From the human T2T-CHM13v2.0 reference genome, Homo sapiens, in the NCBI RefSeq assembly GCF_009914755.1, contig NC_060933.1: 64,000 bases of DNA; one strand, written 5' to 3'. Under the pieces are notes generated by a model, which made no database searches, was not told where the DNA came from, and saw only the letters and a list, made by a program, of their open reading frames with translations. Positions 1-13,832 of this stretch are shown piece after piece; positions within the stretch are counted from its first letter, which is position 1, and each line of letters begins with the position of its first letter. A program made the translations under genes and the position numbers.

Positions 1-141
1 ACCCTTACCTCTTATGTTTTCCTGTAGTAATAGCAAGAGTCTCAACCCGAGTTAGTGTTCAATACGTTTTCTCTTAAGTGACTTTTTTGTGTTTAGGAAA
101 TGTGTTATTTATTTTATACATTTTCTTCCCCCTCCCCCCGC

Positions 142-428
142 TTTTGTTTTGGAGAAAAAGTCTCACTCTCTGGCCCAGGCTGGAGTGTAATCACACATCA
201 CTGCAACCTTGAACTTCTGGGCTCAAGCAATCCTCCTGCCTCAGCCTCCAGGGAAGCTAGGACTGCATGTGTGCTCCACCATGCCTGGCTAATTTTTTTT
301 TCTTTTTTACTTTTTGTAGAGACAGGGTCTCATTATGTTGCCAAGGCTGAGCTCAAACTCCTGGCCTTAAAGATCCTCCCACCTCCACCTCCCAAAGCAC
401 TGGGATTACAGGCATGAGTGCCCAGCCA
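142..428 (-). mobile_element. Alu SINE, AluJ-type, diverged
   Basis: Antisense Alu dimer: T-tail, 'gtctcactct..cccaggctggagtg', 'gggctcaagcaatcctcctgcctcagcc' (J-type), mid T-tract, 'ctcccaaagcactgggattacaggcatgag'. Confidence 0.93.
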
Positions 429-2069
429 ATTTTATATACTTTCTTAATCTCATCTTTACTATAACTATCTAATCTAGGTATTATCATTGCTTTTTTACAT
501 GTGAAAAAGAGGTTCAAAGAAATTAATTCATATTTTTAGTAAGTTTTATATCTGAGTCATACACTCAGATCAAAAGACCAATATTTTAAAATTCCAAATG
601 AACTTCTTACACTGCAAATATATTTCTAAATAGTGGCAATTTCTATACTATAACGTATATTTAGTATGTGTGTGTTCTACTTAATATAGAACATCATTTA
701 AAAACTACATGTGTATATTGGAAGAGCCTATTTTTTAAGTCCTAACTGCAGTGACATCATAAAAACAATACAAAGACATGTAATTTTTATTGAGTGAGAT
801 ATTAAATGTATTAAATACAGTTTTTATTAAAGTTAAAATTTTAATTTATCAATCTACTTTCAAACATTTTATAAATTTTTAGTACAATTACTGGCATTTA
901 ATGAAACCTGGATCATAAAATGTGCCCTAAGCGGAAAGGTAAAGAACAGAAATGAATTGTTTTTTAAAAAATAAATAAGTACGATGAATCTTTAATAACA
1001 AGAACCTCCAATTTTGATAGTTATGCTTCCTCTCCACATATATCAATATAAAAAAATTTAAATTATTTGAAGCTTAACACAAAATGATAAAGCATCATAC
1101 TGATGGAAATTGAAACCTAAATTATGAGCTGTTCTGAAACATACAATAAATTCCTTGGGATGAGACGACTTCTAGAAGCACAAGCAAGGAAGCAGTGGTA
1201 AAATCCATTTTTCTTCTGACTTCTCAGGCACATTAGGCTAATTCCAGAAATAGATTCAGTCAGTTGGCAAGTTAACCTCTCACTCTTGTCACAGAAGTCA
1301 TCTGCAGCCTTGAGTTTAACTGTTTTCTTTCTTCCTGGTCTTGGTCCTTTATGTAGTAGCCCAGTATTTATGGTGCCACTTGGGAAATTTATCTATGATA
1401 AGAATGTACCTCTGAAAAGCATTTATTTTACAAAGCTTGGATGTGGGAATCATATATTACATAAAATCTCTTTAATTCTTTTAACATGGATTCCTTTTTC
1501 TACCATGGAGTACACTAAGTCACTCATTTGATGGTTTTGTGTTTACAATCTTATTTGCTCAGGACCCATTTTATTTGGGCTTTGGAAATGATTGAATCAA
1601 GTTGGAGGAAAATTTACTTTTGATCCATTTAATTCTAACCTTTCTTGCAAGCTCAATTTTTAGAATCTAGTTCAATGGGCTGAAAGAAAAACATCTCGCA
1701 ACAGACAGTTTATTTCTTGTGCGATCAGAAATGCTAACAGTAAATATGAGCATATTTACTTTAAAAATTTAGATTTGAAATACATATTGTTTAGAATTTC
1801 AGAAGTTTTTAGGAGAACAACTATCTTACATACCAAGAATATACTAGGCATATGTATGCATTTATAAATGTTGTTGATAAATACTATTTTGTGGCAGAAC
1901 TAGATGATTGGATGCTTTATTCAATATAAAAATTTTTATGTCTCATATACTGTAATGAAGCTACAACTTATTTAAAACACATTCTGATACTTAACCTTTA
2001 ATAAATTATTGAATAACCACAACCAACATAGATCCATTAATACAGGTTGTAATAGCTAAAAGCAATGAC

Positions 2070-2340
2070 AGGTAACATTCGTGTGGAATTTACTGTGGGT
2101 CCTACTTCATTCTGAAAACCTGGCTTATTTAAAGAGTTTAATCTTCCAACAATTCTAAATACAGTATGGTTGAGCAATTTGCTCAAGATTATACACGCAG
2201 GGATAGTCACTCAGTGGTTCCTTCCTTGGACATGTAAATAAAATTTGTGTGCCTTTTACAAAAAAAAAAAAAAAGATTCTACAGGTGTTAGGTGGTAAAG
2301 CTGGGATACATTTCCTGCTGTTTCCAGAACCCAACGTCTA
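2070..2340 (-). mobile_element. MIR SINE fragment, interrupted by a short retrocopy at 2198-2274
   Basis: 'ggttgagcaatttgctcaagatta..' continues after the insert as '..aggtggtaaagctgggatacattt', matching the antisense MIR core (aggttaagtaacttgcccaaggtcacacagctagtaagtggcagagctgggatt). Confidence 0.6.
2198..2274 (+). mobile_element. Short polyadenylated retroposed fragment (LTR-like 3' end) with TSD
   Basis: AATAAA at 2237-2242, A15 at 2260-2274, and flanking direct repeats aagattatacacg (2185-2197) / aagattctacagg (2273-2285), 11/13 identical. Confidence 0.7.
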
Positions 2341-3059
2341 TGAGAAGTTATATATGCTTTGATTAAATTTCCTATTTTCCACAATATATTGTGCACCTAT
2401 AGCCTGAGGTTAATGAAGTTATTGAATGCCTCTTTTAAATAAAATACTGGTTAGAAGATTATGTTCATGCACACCTAATTAAAGCAAACTCTCATGAAAA
2501 TATCCACTGAAAAACAAAATTACTTTTCTTCTTTTCCATTAGCTAAAATATACATTTTTGCTCTATCATTTCCATTATTTCTTTCAATCTACTGTGTTCA
2601 TCAAATATTAGCTATAAAAGCTTTTTTACAGTAGTTGATTTAAATTATAAAACTAACTTTTTGAGTCTGTTGGAAAAAGCTTGGAAGGACCTTGATAATT
2701 CAGTTATGCATGGATTAGTGTGCAGTAATACCAACCTTCAGTGCAAGCTCTGCACTTAAACTAGATTTTATAGCATGAGTTGGGTGCAGAACAGTTTTTG
2801 ATTTTGCTACAGGTATCTGTTTCTCAACTGTCTATGAACTCTCCAGAAGAAATCCAAACATTATTGTTTTTTGATGGTTCATATCCACACTTTGACTTCA
2901 TTTCCAATCTAAATAGATATTATTTTTTATTTATGGAAGTGATGTAGAATCATTGCAGAAGGGTTAAAAATGTAGAGAAGAAAACAGAACCACTAAAATA
3001 CAAATCAAGAGTTAACAGTTGTTTTCATTTTGTATAATTTTTTGTGTTTTAAAATATAT

Positions 3060-3620
3060 ATATTATATGCATATATGTCATATTTTTTTCTTATTTTATA
3101 TACCTCATAAATAGTTTAGTATCTTTACTTTTCATTCAACAGTTTATCATAAAAATCTACTTTTGTTAATTTAAAATAAATATATAGAGTTATACAGTAT
3201 CCCTTCTTATGTTTTGACAATTTTTAATACTTAGAACCATTCCTATATTTAGCCCTCATAAATAATTGCGGTGAACATCTTAGAACACAAATTTTGTAAA
3301 AACTTTGAAAAATATATGCTCACTTTTTAGCCTGATTAACTAGATTGGGAAGTGCCAGATACAAATGTGTAAGCATTTTAAATGTTTTTGCATGCTAATA
3401 TCAAACGAATTATTTCTACTGGCAGAGTTTGAGAGTGCCCATCTCAAGCCACTCTTGCAGTTATTGAAGTTTTTTTTCAGTCATCATTATTTGGTGTTTG
3501 AAAGTGATGTACTACTTTAACAATTGTCTGTCTCTGAGGACTAAGGAGGCTGAATATTTTTATGTGTGTATTACATATTAAAATTTCTTTTCCTGTGAAT
3601 TGCTTGCTTCCTGGTTTATA
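3060..3620 (-). mobile_element. Ancient L1 (L1ME-like) 3' region
   Basis: Antisense L1M motifs: 'gcggtgaacatctt', 'gagagtgcccatctc', 'gactaaggaggctgaatattttt', 'tcctgtgaattgcttg'. Confidence 0.6.
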
Positions 3621-4159
3621 TTTGTTATTTGCAACCCAAAGATGGTCACTAATAAATAAACCATAAACACATGTCTCTTAGAAGGTTAAGACATCACTGG
3701 AATTCATCCACCTGTAGCATGTTGTCAAAATAACCTAAGCTTGAAGTGTATTCCCCATTTACTAAAAGGACTATCACAGGAAAGATATTTATTATATATT
3801 TATTTGTCATTAGTAGCATTAGGTTTCTGCTGACATGTTTCACCAGATGTGAGACGATTGGCCAGGGTGAAAGGTATGTGTGAGTGTGTGGGTGGGTATG
3901 TGTGGTGGGTGGAGAATGAACCTCATTAGGGTTCAGGATTTCGGCTTTCTTAACAGCATCTTTTAACACAAATATTTCCAGCAGGAGCATGCGTTGCAGT
4001 ACATTAACACAATGATTACTATGCTAATGCAGCTCCATCTTAGCTTTCCTCATTCCTTTTTGCAGTTTTAGAACAGGCATAAAGACAATAGGTGGTGGTA
4101 ATCATTTGGAGAGAAGAGAAAGAAAAGTGCTGTGTTCATGTGTGTTTTACCCAATCACC

Positions 4160-4850
4160 AAAATTTTTGATCACATGATATGTGCCAGGTGAAATATTAA
4201 GTGCTAATGTGTGAATGCGTTTGTGGGTCTTTATGTATGTGTGTGCTTATGTGGACTAGTGGTTTAGATTTGGGGTGATATATACAATAACACAATGAAT
4301 GTGGAAGTCATTTAACACGGGTAGCACCACATCAGCCTTTAAGAATGAAGTTGAATGAAGTTGAAATTGTGCAACAGAGAGAAGTTGAAAGGAAGAAGAT
4401 AAACAAAATTTAAATGGCTGTGATAAATATATTTAGTTGGAAATGTCTAATATAAAGGAAAGACAGGTAAATCAGGACTGAAGGTCTAATTTGGGAATCC
4501 TCAGTTTGAAGGCAATAGTTAAAGCTATAAGGCTGAATGACCCTTGTAAAGAGTACTGTGGAGAGGAACAGGTAGCTGAAGATGGAGCAATAATGGTAGA
4601 AATATGAGGGAAGTGGAGTGAAAGCAAAAGGGAGAGAGAGGCCGGGGGAGATGTAAGGAGGAAGTTGGGGAGAGAGAGAGAGATTAGAAATGTAGATGCT
4701 TCCCAAGAATAGTACAGGTATATGACAGCTAAGATAGGAAGGCATTTCAAGGAGGTAGTTGTAGTTCATATTATAAAATAAAAATCAAAGATAGTACCCA
4801 CACCCTCCTCTTGGACTGAAGAAAGTGTGACTATTGGTGGCTGAGTAAAG
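4160..4850 (-). mobile_element. L2 LINE fragment
   Basis: 'tatgtgccagg' start, then purine-rich L2 antisense motifs such as 'tttgggaatcctcagtttgaaggcaatagttaaagctataaggctgaatga'. Confidence 0.6.
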
Positions 4851-5694
4851 GCATAAAAAACCCAATTTCAGGTCATTTAATATCTAAATAAAATGATTAA
4901 CTTACCGTTGGCCATGCATAATTGTATTTAAGATGTTTAAATAAAGAAATATGGAGTCCAATTAATCTGTTTCTTTAACTCCCATCAATTGTTGCAGTGA
5001 CATCTATTAGGGCTATTTTTCTTTAAGAAAAACCGTAAGAAATCCTGGCTTTAATAATCAAAGCTATGGATGGTATCTTTGATTAGTGTTCATTATTTAG
5101 GGTCAGATAATAAAATGCTTGATTTAATAACTTTATTTGTTGATGTGACCTGAAATTTTATGTTACTGGAGATAAAAACAGGTTTTAGCAGTTCCTCTGT
5201 TGATGGGCTTTATTTCCAAAAAGAAATCTCTTCTATTAATTTACATAGAAATGATTTAACAGTGTAATCCCTCCATTTTCATTAACATTACGATTTTTTT
5301 AGGCTCTCCTTCAACACATTGTTTTATGGGAAGAATTAAATTTTGCTCCTGTGTCTCTTTCATTACACGAAGTTTGTTTTCATTTGTCTGTGTTGTGGTG
5401 TTAGTTGGAAATTTAATGTGCTTTTCTCTTGAAAACAAGGAGACACCAATCTTTTCTTCTACACAGAATTGTTCCAGAGAAGTAATGTCAGTCCTTAGAG
5501 ATATCATTCAGAAGAAAATTGGCATGAATGAATGTAAATTGACGCATTCAGAATTGGGAAAGCTAGATTCAGTTTATTCTTTACTATACAAATGTTTACA
5601 TAAGTTCTTTTAATAATATTCCGATGAATTTCATAATTAATATTAGTAGTTGTTTTGAGTCACACTCAGGATTTCAACTACCTATGTCTCAGCT

Positions 5695-6229
5695 TTTTTA
5701 TTATTGCTATATGATAGTTGTATATATTTTTGGGGGGCACATGTGATATTTTGATACCTGTACACAATGTGTAATGATCAAATCAGGGTAGGGATATTCA
5801 TCACCTCAAACATTTATCTTTTCTTTATGTTGGAATCATTGCAATTCTCTTCTACTTGTTTTGAAATATACAACACACTACTTTAACTATAACTTCCCTA
5901 CTCTACTATTGAATACTAGAACTGATCCCCTCTAACTGTATTTTCATACCCCTTAACCAATTTCTCTTCATTCCTCCTTCCGCTTTTGCTTCTCAGCCTC
6001 TAGTAATCACCAATCTATTCTCTATCTCTATGAAATCTATTTTAGCTCCCACATATGAGTGAGAATATGTGATATTTGTTTTACTGTGCCTGGTTTATTT
6101 CACTTACTATAATGACCTCCAGTTCCGTCAATGTTCCTGGAAATGACAAGATTTAATTCCTCTTATGGCTGAATAATATTCCATTGTGTATATATACCAC
6201 ATTTTCCTTATACATTCATCCAATGACAG
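5695..6229 (-). mobile_element. L1MA 3' end, 5'-truncated
   Basis: 'tacacaatgtgtaatgatcaaatcagggta', 'tttagctcccacatatgagtgagaatatg', 'ttatggctgaataatattccattgtgtatatataccacattttc'. Confidence 0.9.
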
Positions 6230-7060
6230 TCACTGAATCTCGGTTTTTTCATCTGTAAAATTATGTGACTAAATCCCACCCTGATTTTAAAGGGTTTGGA
6301 AACGCATGACCAATATTTAAGATATAGAAAGTTCACTCTTTAAAAAAATTATAAGCGATTCTTACTTATGTCTTTATTTGTTTTATGCTCAAAAGATAGA
6401 TAACGTGCTCCTAAGAATTAAGAGGCACAGTGCCAGAAACCGTGAAGCTTTGCAAAAAGAAACATTAAGGAAATTAAAAAGAAATCATGATTTAATCTTA
6501 AAATGAAATAAAATTGCCCATATAAGTTTACGTCTACATTTTAAATTACAATATTTACTCAGACAGTTCTCTTTATAAGGGCTATAAAGAAACTTATTTG
6601 AAAATGAACTATCATAAAACCATAATAATCTAGACCTCATTTAATCAGAATTTGGGATAACATGGATACATTTGGACTTGTCTTTTCCCATTATTTGTGA
6701 AGGAGGTATTTGTTAAGCAAACTTAACAGTGCCACAAAACTTTAATATCTCCAAGTACTTCCATGCACACTAAGAGTACAAGTTTACATGGAAAATCTGT
6801 GTCCACATTCAACTGGCCTCTGGACTTAAAGATCTACTGAAAGAAGAGAGATTGCAACACACTAAAGGAGCAAGGGTCCCACTTAGAAATAGCCATTGTT
6901 AAATGATTCTGCATCAGTTACGTGGAATATGGTGAGATATAATCCATTTGGTGAAAAAGTTCATAGGTTTACAGAATATGTGCATCTGCTTGTACCGAAC
7001 ATGTAATTCACAGAGAGCAGGGACTGAACTTATCAACTGTGTAGGTAGCACATAGTAGGT

Positions 7061-8027
<967 letters not shown>

Positions 8028-9819
8028 AGGTGCTCAGTAAATATTTTTATGAATAAATCCCTTGCCTTATTTAATTTCCGTTAACTCTAATCTATTAATG
8101 TTTATTGAGGACTTGTTTAGCACCAGATACCCTCAGTCCTGTATGAAGGACTTGTGTATCTACATATTCCTAGTTCATTTGTGTGGGAGTAAGATGAAAA
8201 ACACAGGTAAATAGAGGCTTAGATTTGCCACAAAATGGATCAGGAAAACTATTTTCCTTAATTTTTTTCTAATTGAAAGGCTTTGAGTAACACATTAGTT
8301 CTGTGCAATTTGCCTCTTAGGGTAATTTTAATTAGAAGGTAAGTTTGCCCTGTCCATCAGATCAATAGTATTTTTAAATAGCTAATTATACATTTGCTAG
8401 TTCATAATTAAGATTTGGAAATCTGCCTATATGTCTTAATTCAGAGAAATGCTAAATTAAATATGTCCCTCAATGCCTAATTTGTTAGAATACTTCTAAA
8501 GAAATGGCAATTAGCTAGGACTAAACACTAAATTTTAAAGTTATTTTTATAAGAGACATTTGCCATAGTAATATAGAATTGTGGTGTTCAGAATGAAAAA
8601 AATGAAGAAAGAATGTTCTGGAAAGAGTTTGAGAGTGAGAAGGATGGTGAATTTATAGCCCAAATTATCCTATATTCCACATTTACCTTCCTTTAATAGT
8701 CTCCTGTTTGGCGGCCCAAACAAGGACTCTGATGTCTGATGATACTATTATGACAGACAAATTTGCTGGTGGAAATAACTATTTAACCCTGAATGGCTAT
8801 AGAAGGAAAGAAATATTCTAAAATGTCAAGTGTAAACATATCAAACTGTAAGAGTGACACCCCAAATTGACACCCTTCTTTCTAAGGAAAGACTTTTTCA
8901 CACTGGTTTCTCCATTCTTGAAATCTTGCTGATAACTTACATTATACTACTAAAATAAAGAGTGTGATCAACCTTTGTTAAAAGTTAATTTGTACCCTGG
9001 TGTGCAGACTGGAGGCAAGGAATGGGGGTTAGCTAACGTTTGAAGTACTCTAATTGGGACTATTCCCAGCAGGATGGTTGCTCAGAGGCTCTCACTCTAG
9101 AGAGAATGTCACTGTAAGACCTTCGGCTATTCTATTTTACTTCTCATTAATACTAGAGGTTTGGTTATTTAGCACAACGAATATTAGGCATGAATTTTTA
9201 TGGTGAGATAGGGTTCAAGATACATCGATTACTATAAAATAATATACGGCTACTTTGAGTCTTGAACAAACTGTGCTCAAAAATCTAGTGATCTCAAGAG
9301 CCTACACCTTTCAAAATATTGCACTGGATTTAGGATTTTCTACCAGTCCTTTGCTTAAATATTTATCAGAGGATTTTGTTAGCTGGTTCTGACTAGAGAT
9401 AAATTATGCCACGCCTTAAGTGAAACTTAAGTGCAAGGAGCAGTTAGAGGGACTAAAGGGACAGAAACTGAAGACCTCATCAAGCTTGGAGGTAATATGG
9501 CTGTTTCCATGCCAGCATTCCTATAAATATTTGTTGGTGAGGCTGATTTTGGTTTGCAATTTGCTTTCAAATTACAACACACTCTATAAGATTACAGAAG
9601 ACAGGACATACAGTTTTGTCTTCCTGAGCCGTTGGAATTCTCTTGACTAACTACCAAAGATGGCTACAGTTGATCAAATAGTGTTACATAATCTTATCTC
9701 AGAAATCAATCAGAGGAAGAATAATTATGTTTTATGTCATATGTTTTATGCACAGATAGGGACTTATTTAAAGTCTCATAGGTATGGAGTAGGGGCCATT
9801 CCCTTGGCCCAGAGAACCT

Positions 9820-10018
9820 GGCTCTAAGGTTAGAACCATTGTCCTCTGTTTACAAGCTGTGAGCCCCAGGACAGGTTGCTTAACTATTTCCTCATTTGTA
9901 GAATGAGTTTAATAACAGTATCTATCTCTTACTGTTGTTTTGGAAATTTAAAGGATTAAAATATGTGAAAATTTTGGCTTATAAGGATGTATACAGCAAA
10001 CTATAGCTACTATTATCA
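9820..10018 (+). mobile_element. MIR SINE
   Basis: 'gctgtgagccccaggacaggttgcttaac..tttcctcatttgtagaatgagtttaataacagtatct' core; 'tagctactattat' tail. Confidence 0.75.
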
Positions 10019-10394
10019 CAAAATGGACACCAATGTCTTGTGCTCTCCCTACTTTGTGTAGCGTTTTTCCCATTAACAATTCTGTTGAAAATTTGTTTGT
10101 TTCTACTTCTTTGTCTGTCTATAATGTATGTATAGTCTGAGCAATATGAGCCATATGATCAAATGACTAATAGAATGCAATGATATATTTGGATCAAAAT
10201 TTTCCTAAAATTTTCAGGGAAAATCAACTAAGATAATTATATTTTTCCTGAGCTTAAATGGAAGAAAATCTTATGTATCTTAGAATTTTTGAGTTCAGTT
10301 CTGTTCAACACAGTCTACTAATTCTATTGCTTTGCTTTATTCATGCAAGTCCTGATGAAGGAAGAGTTTCTCAGACTTTTCAGCAAAGAAATTT

Positions 10395-10720
10395 TTCTTT
10401 CTTTATGAAATGTTTATTAAGCACCTGTTATTACACACTGGGGGACCCGAAGAGTTATACAACAGCTCATTTATAAAACCTAGCAGGAGGGACACAATGT
10501 AAACATGAGCAAATGACAATAAAAATTTCATTTGAAATAAATGTAATATTTGATAAGTGTTCAAGACATTTAGAGGAGGGAGTCATCGTTGCATCCCAAT
10601 AATTTTGTGAACAAGCACTGAATTGGTACATGTGGAAGGATTCAGGAAACTTTTACCCACAATGTAGGATTTAAGCAACACTTTGAAGAATACATAAGAT
10701 TCAGAAAGATGCTGAGTAGA
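10395..10720 (-). mobile_element. L2 fragment (3' end)
   Basis: 'aaatgtttattaagcacctgtta' is the antisense L2 tail, followed by a purine-rich body. Confidence 0.55.
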
Positions 10721-11759
10721 ACTAGATGGAGAGGGAGTTCAATGAACTTAAGGATCTCTGTTCTAGAAACATCTTCCCCTCTTTCTGTCTCAGTCTCCCT
10801 CCCTCAACCAACTCACTTATTGCTTTAAATAACTTGCTTAATTTGACTTTGCATTCGTACTGAAATTCTACCAAATAGGGATGCACTTGAAAGGAATGAC
10901 ATGGTCAGCTTCTCATACTATGATGTGATTTAGTTAGTTCTTTAATGACAATTGCCAGGTCTGTTTGTAGATAGTTCCTTCAACAATGCCTAGCACAATG
11001 CTTAGTAAGCAGTACATGTCAATGAAAACAGGTTTCTTTTATTTGGTTTCTTTAATCAAATGAATTTTTACTCTAACAGGTTACTGAGATCAATAGGACA
11101 ATTATTCAAATAAAAGAGGGAAACAAAGAGCAATAAATTTGAGAATATGAAATAATTAAGTGGCTAGAAAGCTTAGAGGGAGAAGAAAAGGGCAGTGGGA
11201 AAGGATTTTGCCAAGAATGGAAGATCAGGATAGATAAGATGGTGAGCAGAAATTAAGACAATTACAATTACGGTTGGAGGGGGGGTGTTGTTTGTTTTTG
11301 TAATGAGTGACACAGTGAGGGAAGGCAAGGGAAAAAGCATGAATAAAGAAGAGTGAAGAATTTATGTTGGGTAATATTGGGAGATAAATTTGGAAAGGTA
11401 GCACAAGCCTGTGCTGAACTGTGGAGGATCATGCTAAAGAATTTGGATTTCATCTTATATGCAACTAAAAATACTCTTAGTTGTTCTACTTATATCCTAC
11501 TGCTCAAAATTAAGCTAAAGGGAACTTTGCAGATATTCTGCAACATTTGGGGAAAAATGGCAGTGATTGGTGTAATTTTCAAATCTCCCCAAATCTGCCC
11601 TCCTTCCATAGTTGAAGCAAGTAAAAGACATAAGAGCAAGTAAAGGAAACATAGGAGACATGGGGGTAGAAAAACCTGTTCAAGACCAGAAGAATGGAAT
11701 GAGAGAAGCTCTACATGAAAATTTATAAATTTATTAGATATATAACTGGCATTTTTTTA

Positions 11760-12105
11760 AAAGGAGGAGAAACTTAATAGATATAACAACCAAATGCAAT
11801 ATTTTAGACAGTGAAATTTGGACCTGTACTAGGAATTAGGTAACATTAAATAATTACTTTATTGGTTGTGATAATGGCATTATGCTATGTTTAAAAATCC
11901 TTATCTGTTAGAAATACACATTGACCTATTCACAAGTAAAGTGATATGGTGTCTGAAATATACTGTAAAAGAATCACATTTTCCTCATCCTCCAAGTTGA
12001 TATTAAGAATATAATATTGCAATATATTGATAACATTGAAACTCGCTGCTGGGATGCTGACTTTCATTATTCTCTCTTCTTATGGAGGTGTTTGAAAATT
12101 TCCAC
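11760..12105 (+). mobile_element. Old L1 (L1MC/L1ME-like) 3' UTR fragment
   Basis: 'aacttaatagatataacaaccaaatgcaat', 'tgtgataatggcattatg', 'ccttatctgttagaaatacacattga', 'gtttgaaaatttccaca'. Confidence 0.65.
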
Positions 12106-12619
12106 AGTGGGTCACTATTTTACAGTTTGACACATGAAGGTGTATGGGGCTCTTACAGAACTTTAGGATTTGACAACTCTCTCTACACCCTCTTGAATAA
12201 GCATTATTCAAGAGACCATTTCCATATCAATTAATGTCCAGAACATTCATACAGAGAGTTGAAATCGGGTTCCCCTATCATAGAGAGTGCCACTGGCTTC
12301 TGCTTTCCTACCAGAGAATCAGAGCAGAGCTCATTCACAGAAGTTTCAGGTTTCACAGTGTTATATACTGGTTCCTAAAAATTCTATTTAGGATACACAA
12401 TACTAGTTTATATTTTACCATGTTATGAAGTATAAAAGTCTATTTCCATGAGCTGAGGGGCAAACTGACACAATGTGACATTACAGAAAAAGTTCAAAGA
12501 GCAAAGTCTCTTCCTTTTAGTAAACGTACTTCTAGTACAATATATCTGTAGCAATTAATAAATGATCATAAGGAGTTACAGTTGTCATAATGGAATGACT
12601 GAACCATAAAATATTGCTG

Positions 12620-13627
12620 ATATTAATTCAAAATAGGAATGCTATTTTGAAAAACAGTTTGGCAGTTTCTTATAAAGGTAAACATACACTTTATATGCAA
12701 CTTAAAAATGCCACTCCCAAAACTCCAAGGTATTTACCCAGGAAAGAAGAAAACTTAGGTTCTCACAAAAACCTATATTCAAATGACTACAGCAACTTTA
12801 ATTCATAATCACTCCAAACTGTAAACAATCCAAAATTCCTTCAACTGGTGAATGGATAAGTGAATTGTGGTACATCCATACCTGGAATGCTTTTCAGTTA
12901 AAAAATAAAAACAAAAATGAACTACTGATACACACAACAACATGGTAGGATGTCAAATGCAATACACTAAATGAAAGCAGCCAGAGTCAAGGGTTACGTA
13001 ATGGATGATTACATTTATATGATGTTCTGGAAAAAGAAAAACGTAGGGGCAGCAAACAGAGCAGTTGTTGCCTAATGATAGAGGTGGAGAAAGGCATTGA
13101 CTGCAAAGAGGAATGAAGGGATCTGTGGGGTGCCTTACCCCATTTGGGCTACTATAGCAAAATATCTCAGACTGGGTAGTTTATAAACAGAAATTTATTG
13201 CTCACAGTAAGGATGGGAAGTCCAAGACCAAGGCACCAGCAGATTCAGTGTCTGGTGAGGGCCTGTTCCTCTCAGACAGCACCTTCTGGCTATGTCCTCA
13301 CATGGCAGAAGGGGTAAACAAGCTCCTTCAAGCCTCTTTTATAAGGACAGTAATTCCTTTAGCCAAACAGGCTGAGCCTCATGGCCTAATCACCTCCCCA
13401 AGGCCCTACCTCTTAATACTTTTACTTAATACTTTTGGGGTTAGATTTCAATATATGAATTTTGGGGGATATAACATTTGGACCATAGCAGAGGGTGATG
13501 GAATTTTTCTATATCTTGATTGTGATATTGGTTTTATGATTCTATGTGTTTGTCAATACACAGAATTACATGCTAAAAAGAATATATTTTATGTATGTAA
13601 CTTACACCTCAATGAACCTGACTAAAA
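12620..13627 (+). mobile_element. L1MB/L1MC-like 3' end, interrupted by a MaLR LTR
   Basis: 'ttgaaaaacagtttggcagtttctta', 'ccttcaactggtgaatggataag..tgtggtacatccatac'; resumes after the LTR with 'ggtgatggaatttttctatatcttgattgtg'. Confidence 0.85.
13131..13490 (-). mobile_element. MaLR solo LTR (MLT1A0/MSTD-like)
   Basis: About 360 bp; 'agactgggtagtttataaacagaaatttattgctcacagt', 'gtccaagaccaaggcaccagcagattcagtgtctggtgagggcc'; ends 'gaccatagca'. Confidence 0.9.
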
Positions 13628-13832
13628 ATAGGTTTAAACAATCTAAAAGAATTCTTCCTCAGTTTCCTGCACTAGAGTCTCATTTCTTTCCTTGTTTCTT
13701 TATTTGTGAAAAAGCTCAATGGCAGCATAATATTCTATCATTTGGACAAACTGTGACTAGCAAATATTTTTTCTATTTGAACATTTAAGCTATCTTTTAA
13801 CTTTTCATTATTATAAATAAAAGTCAGATATA

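Noticed and set aside
1589-1599. TGATTGAATCA DUX-family-like motif
   Set aside because: A single AT-rich 11-mer with no cluster or supporting context.
12190-12214. Perfect 11-bp inverted repeat ctcttgaataa-gca-ttattcaagag
   Set aside because: Real, but an AT-rich 11-bp arm is within chance expectation for 64 kb.
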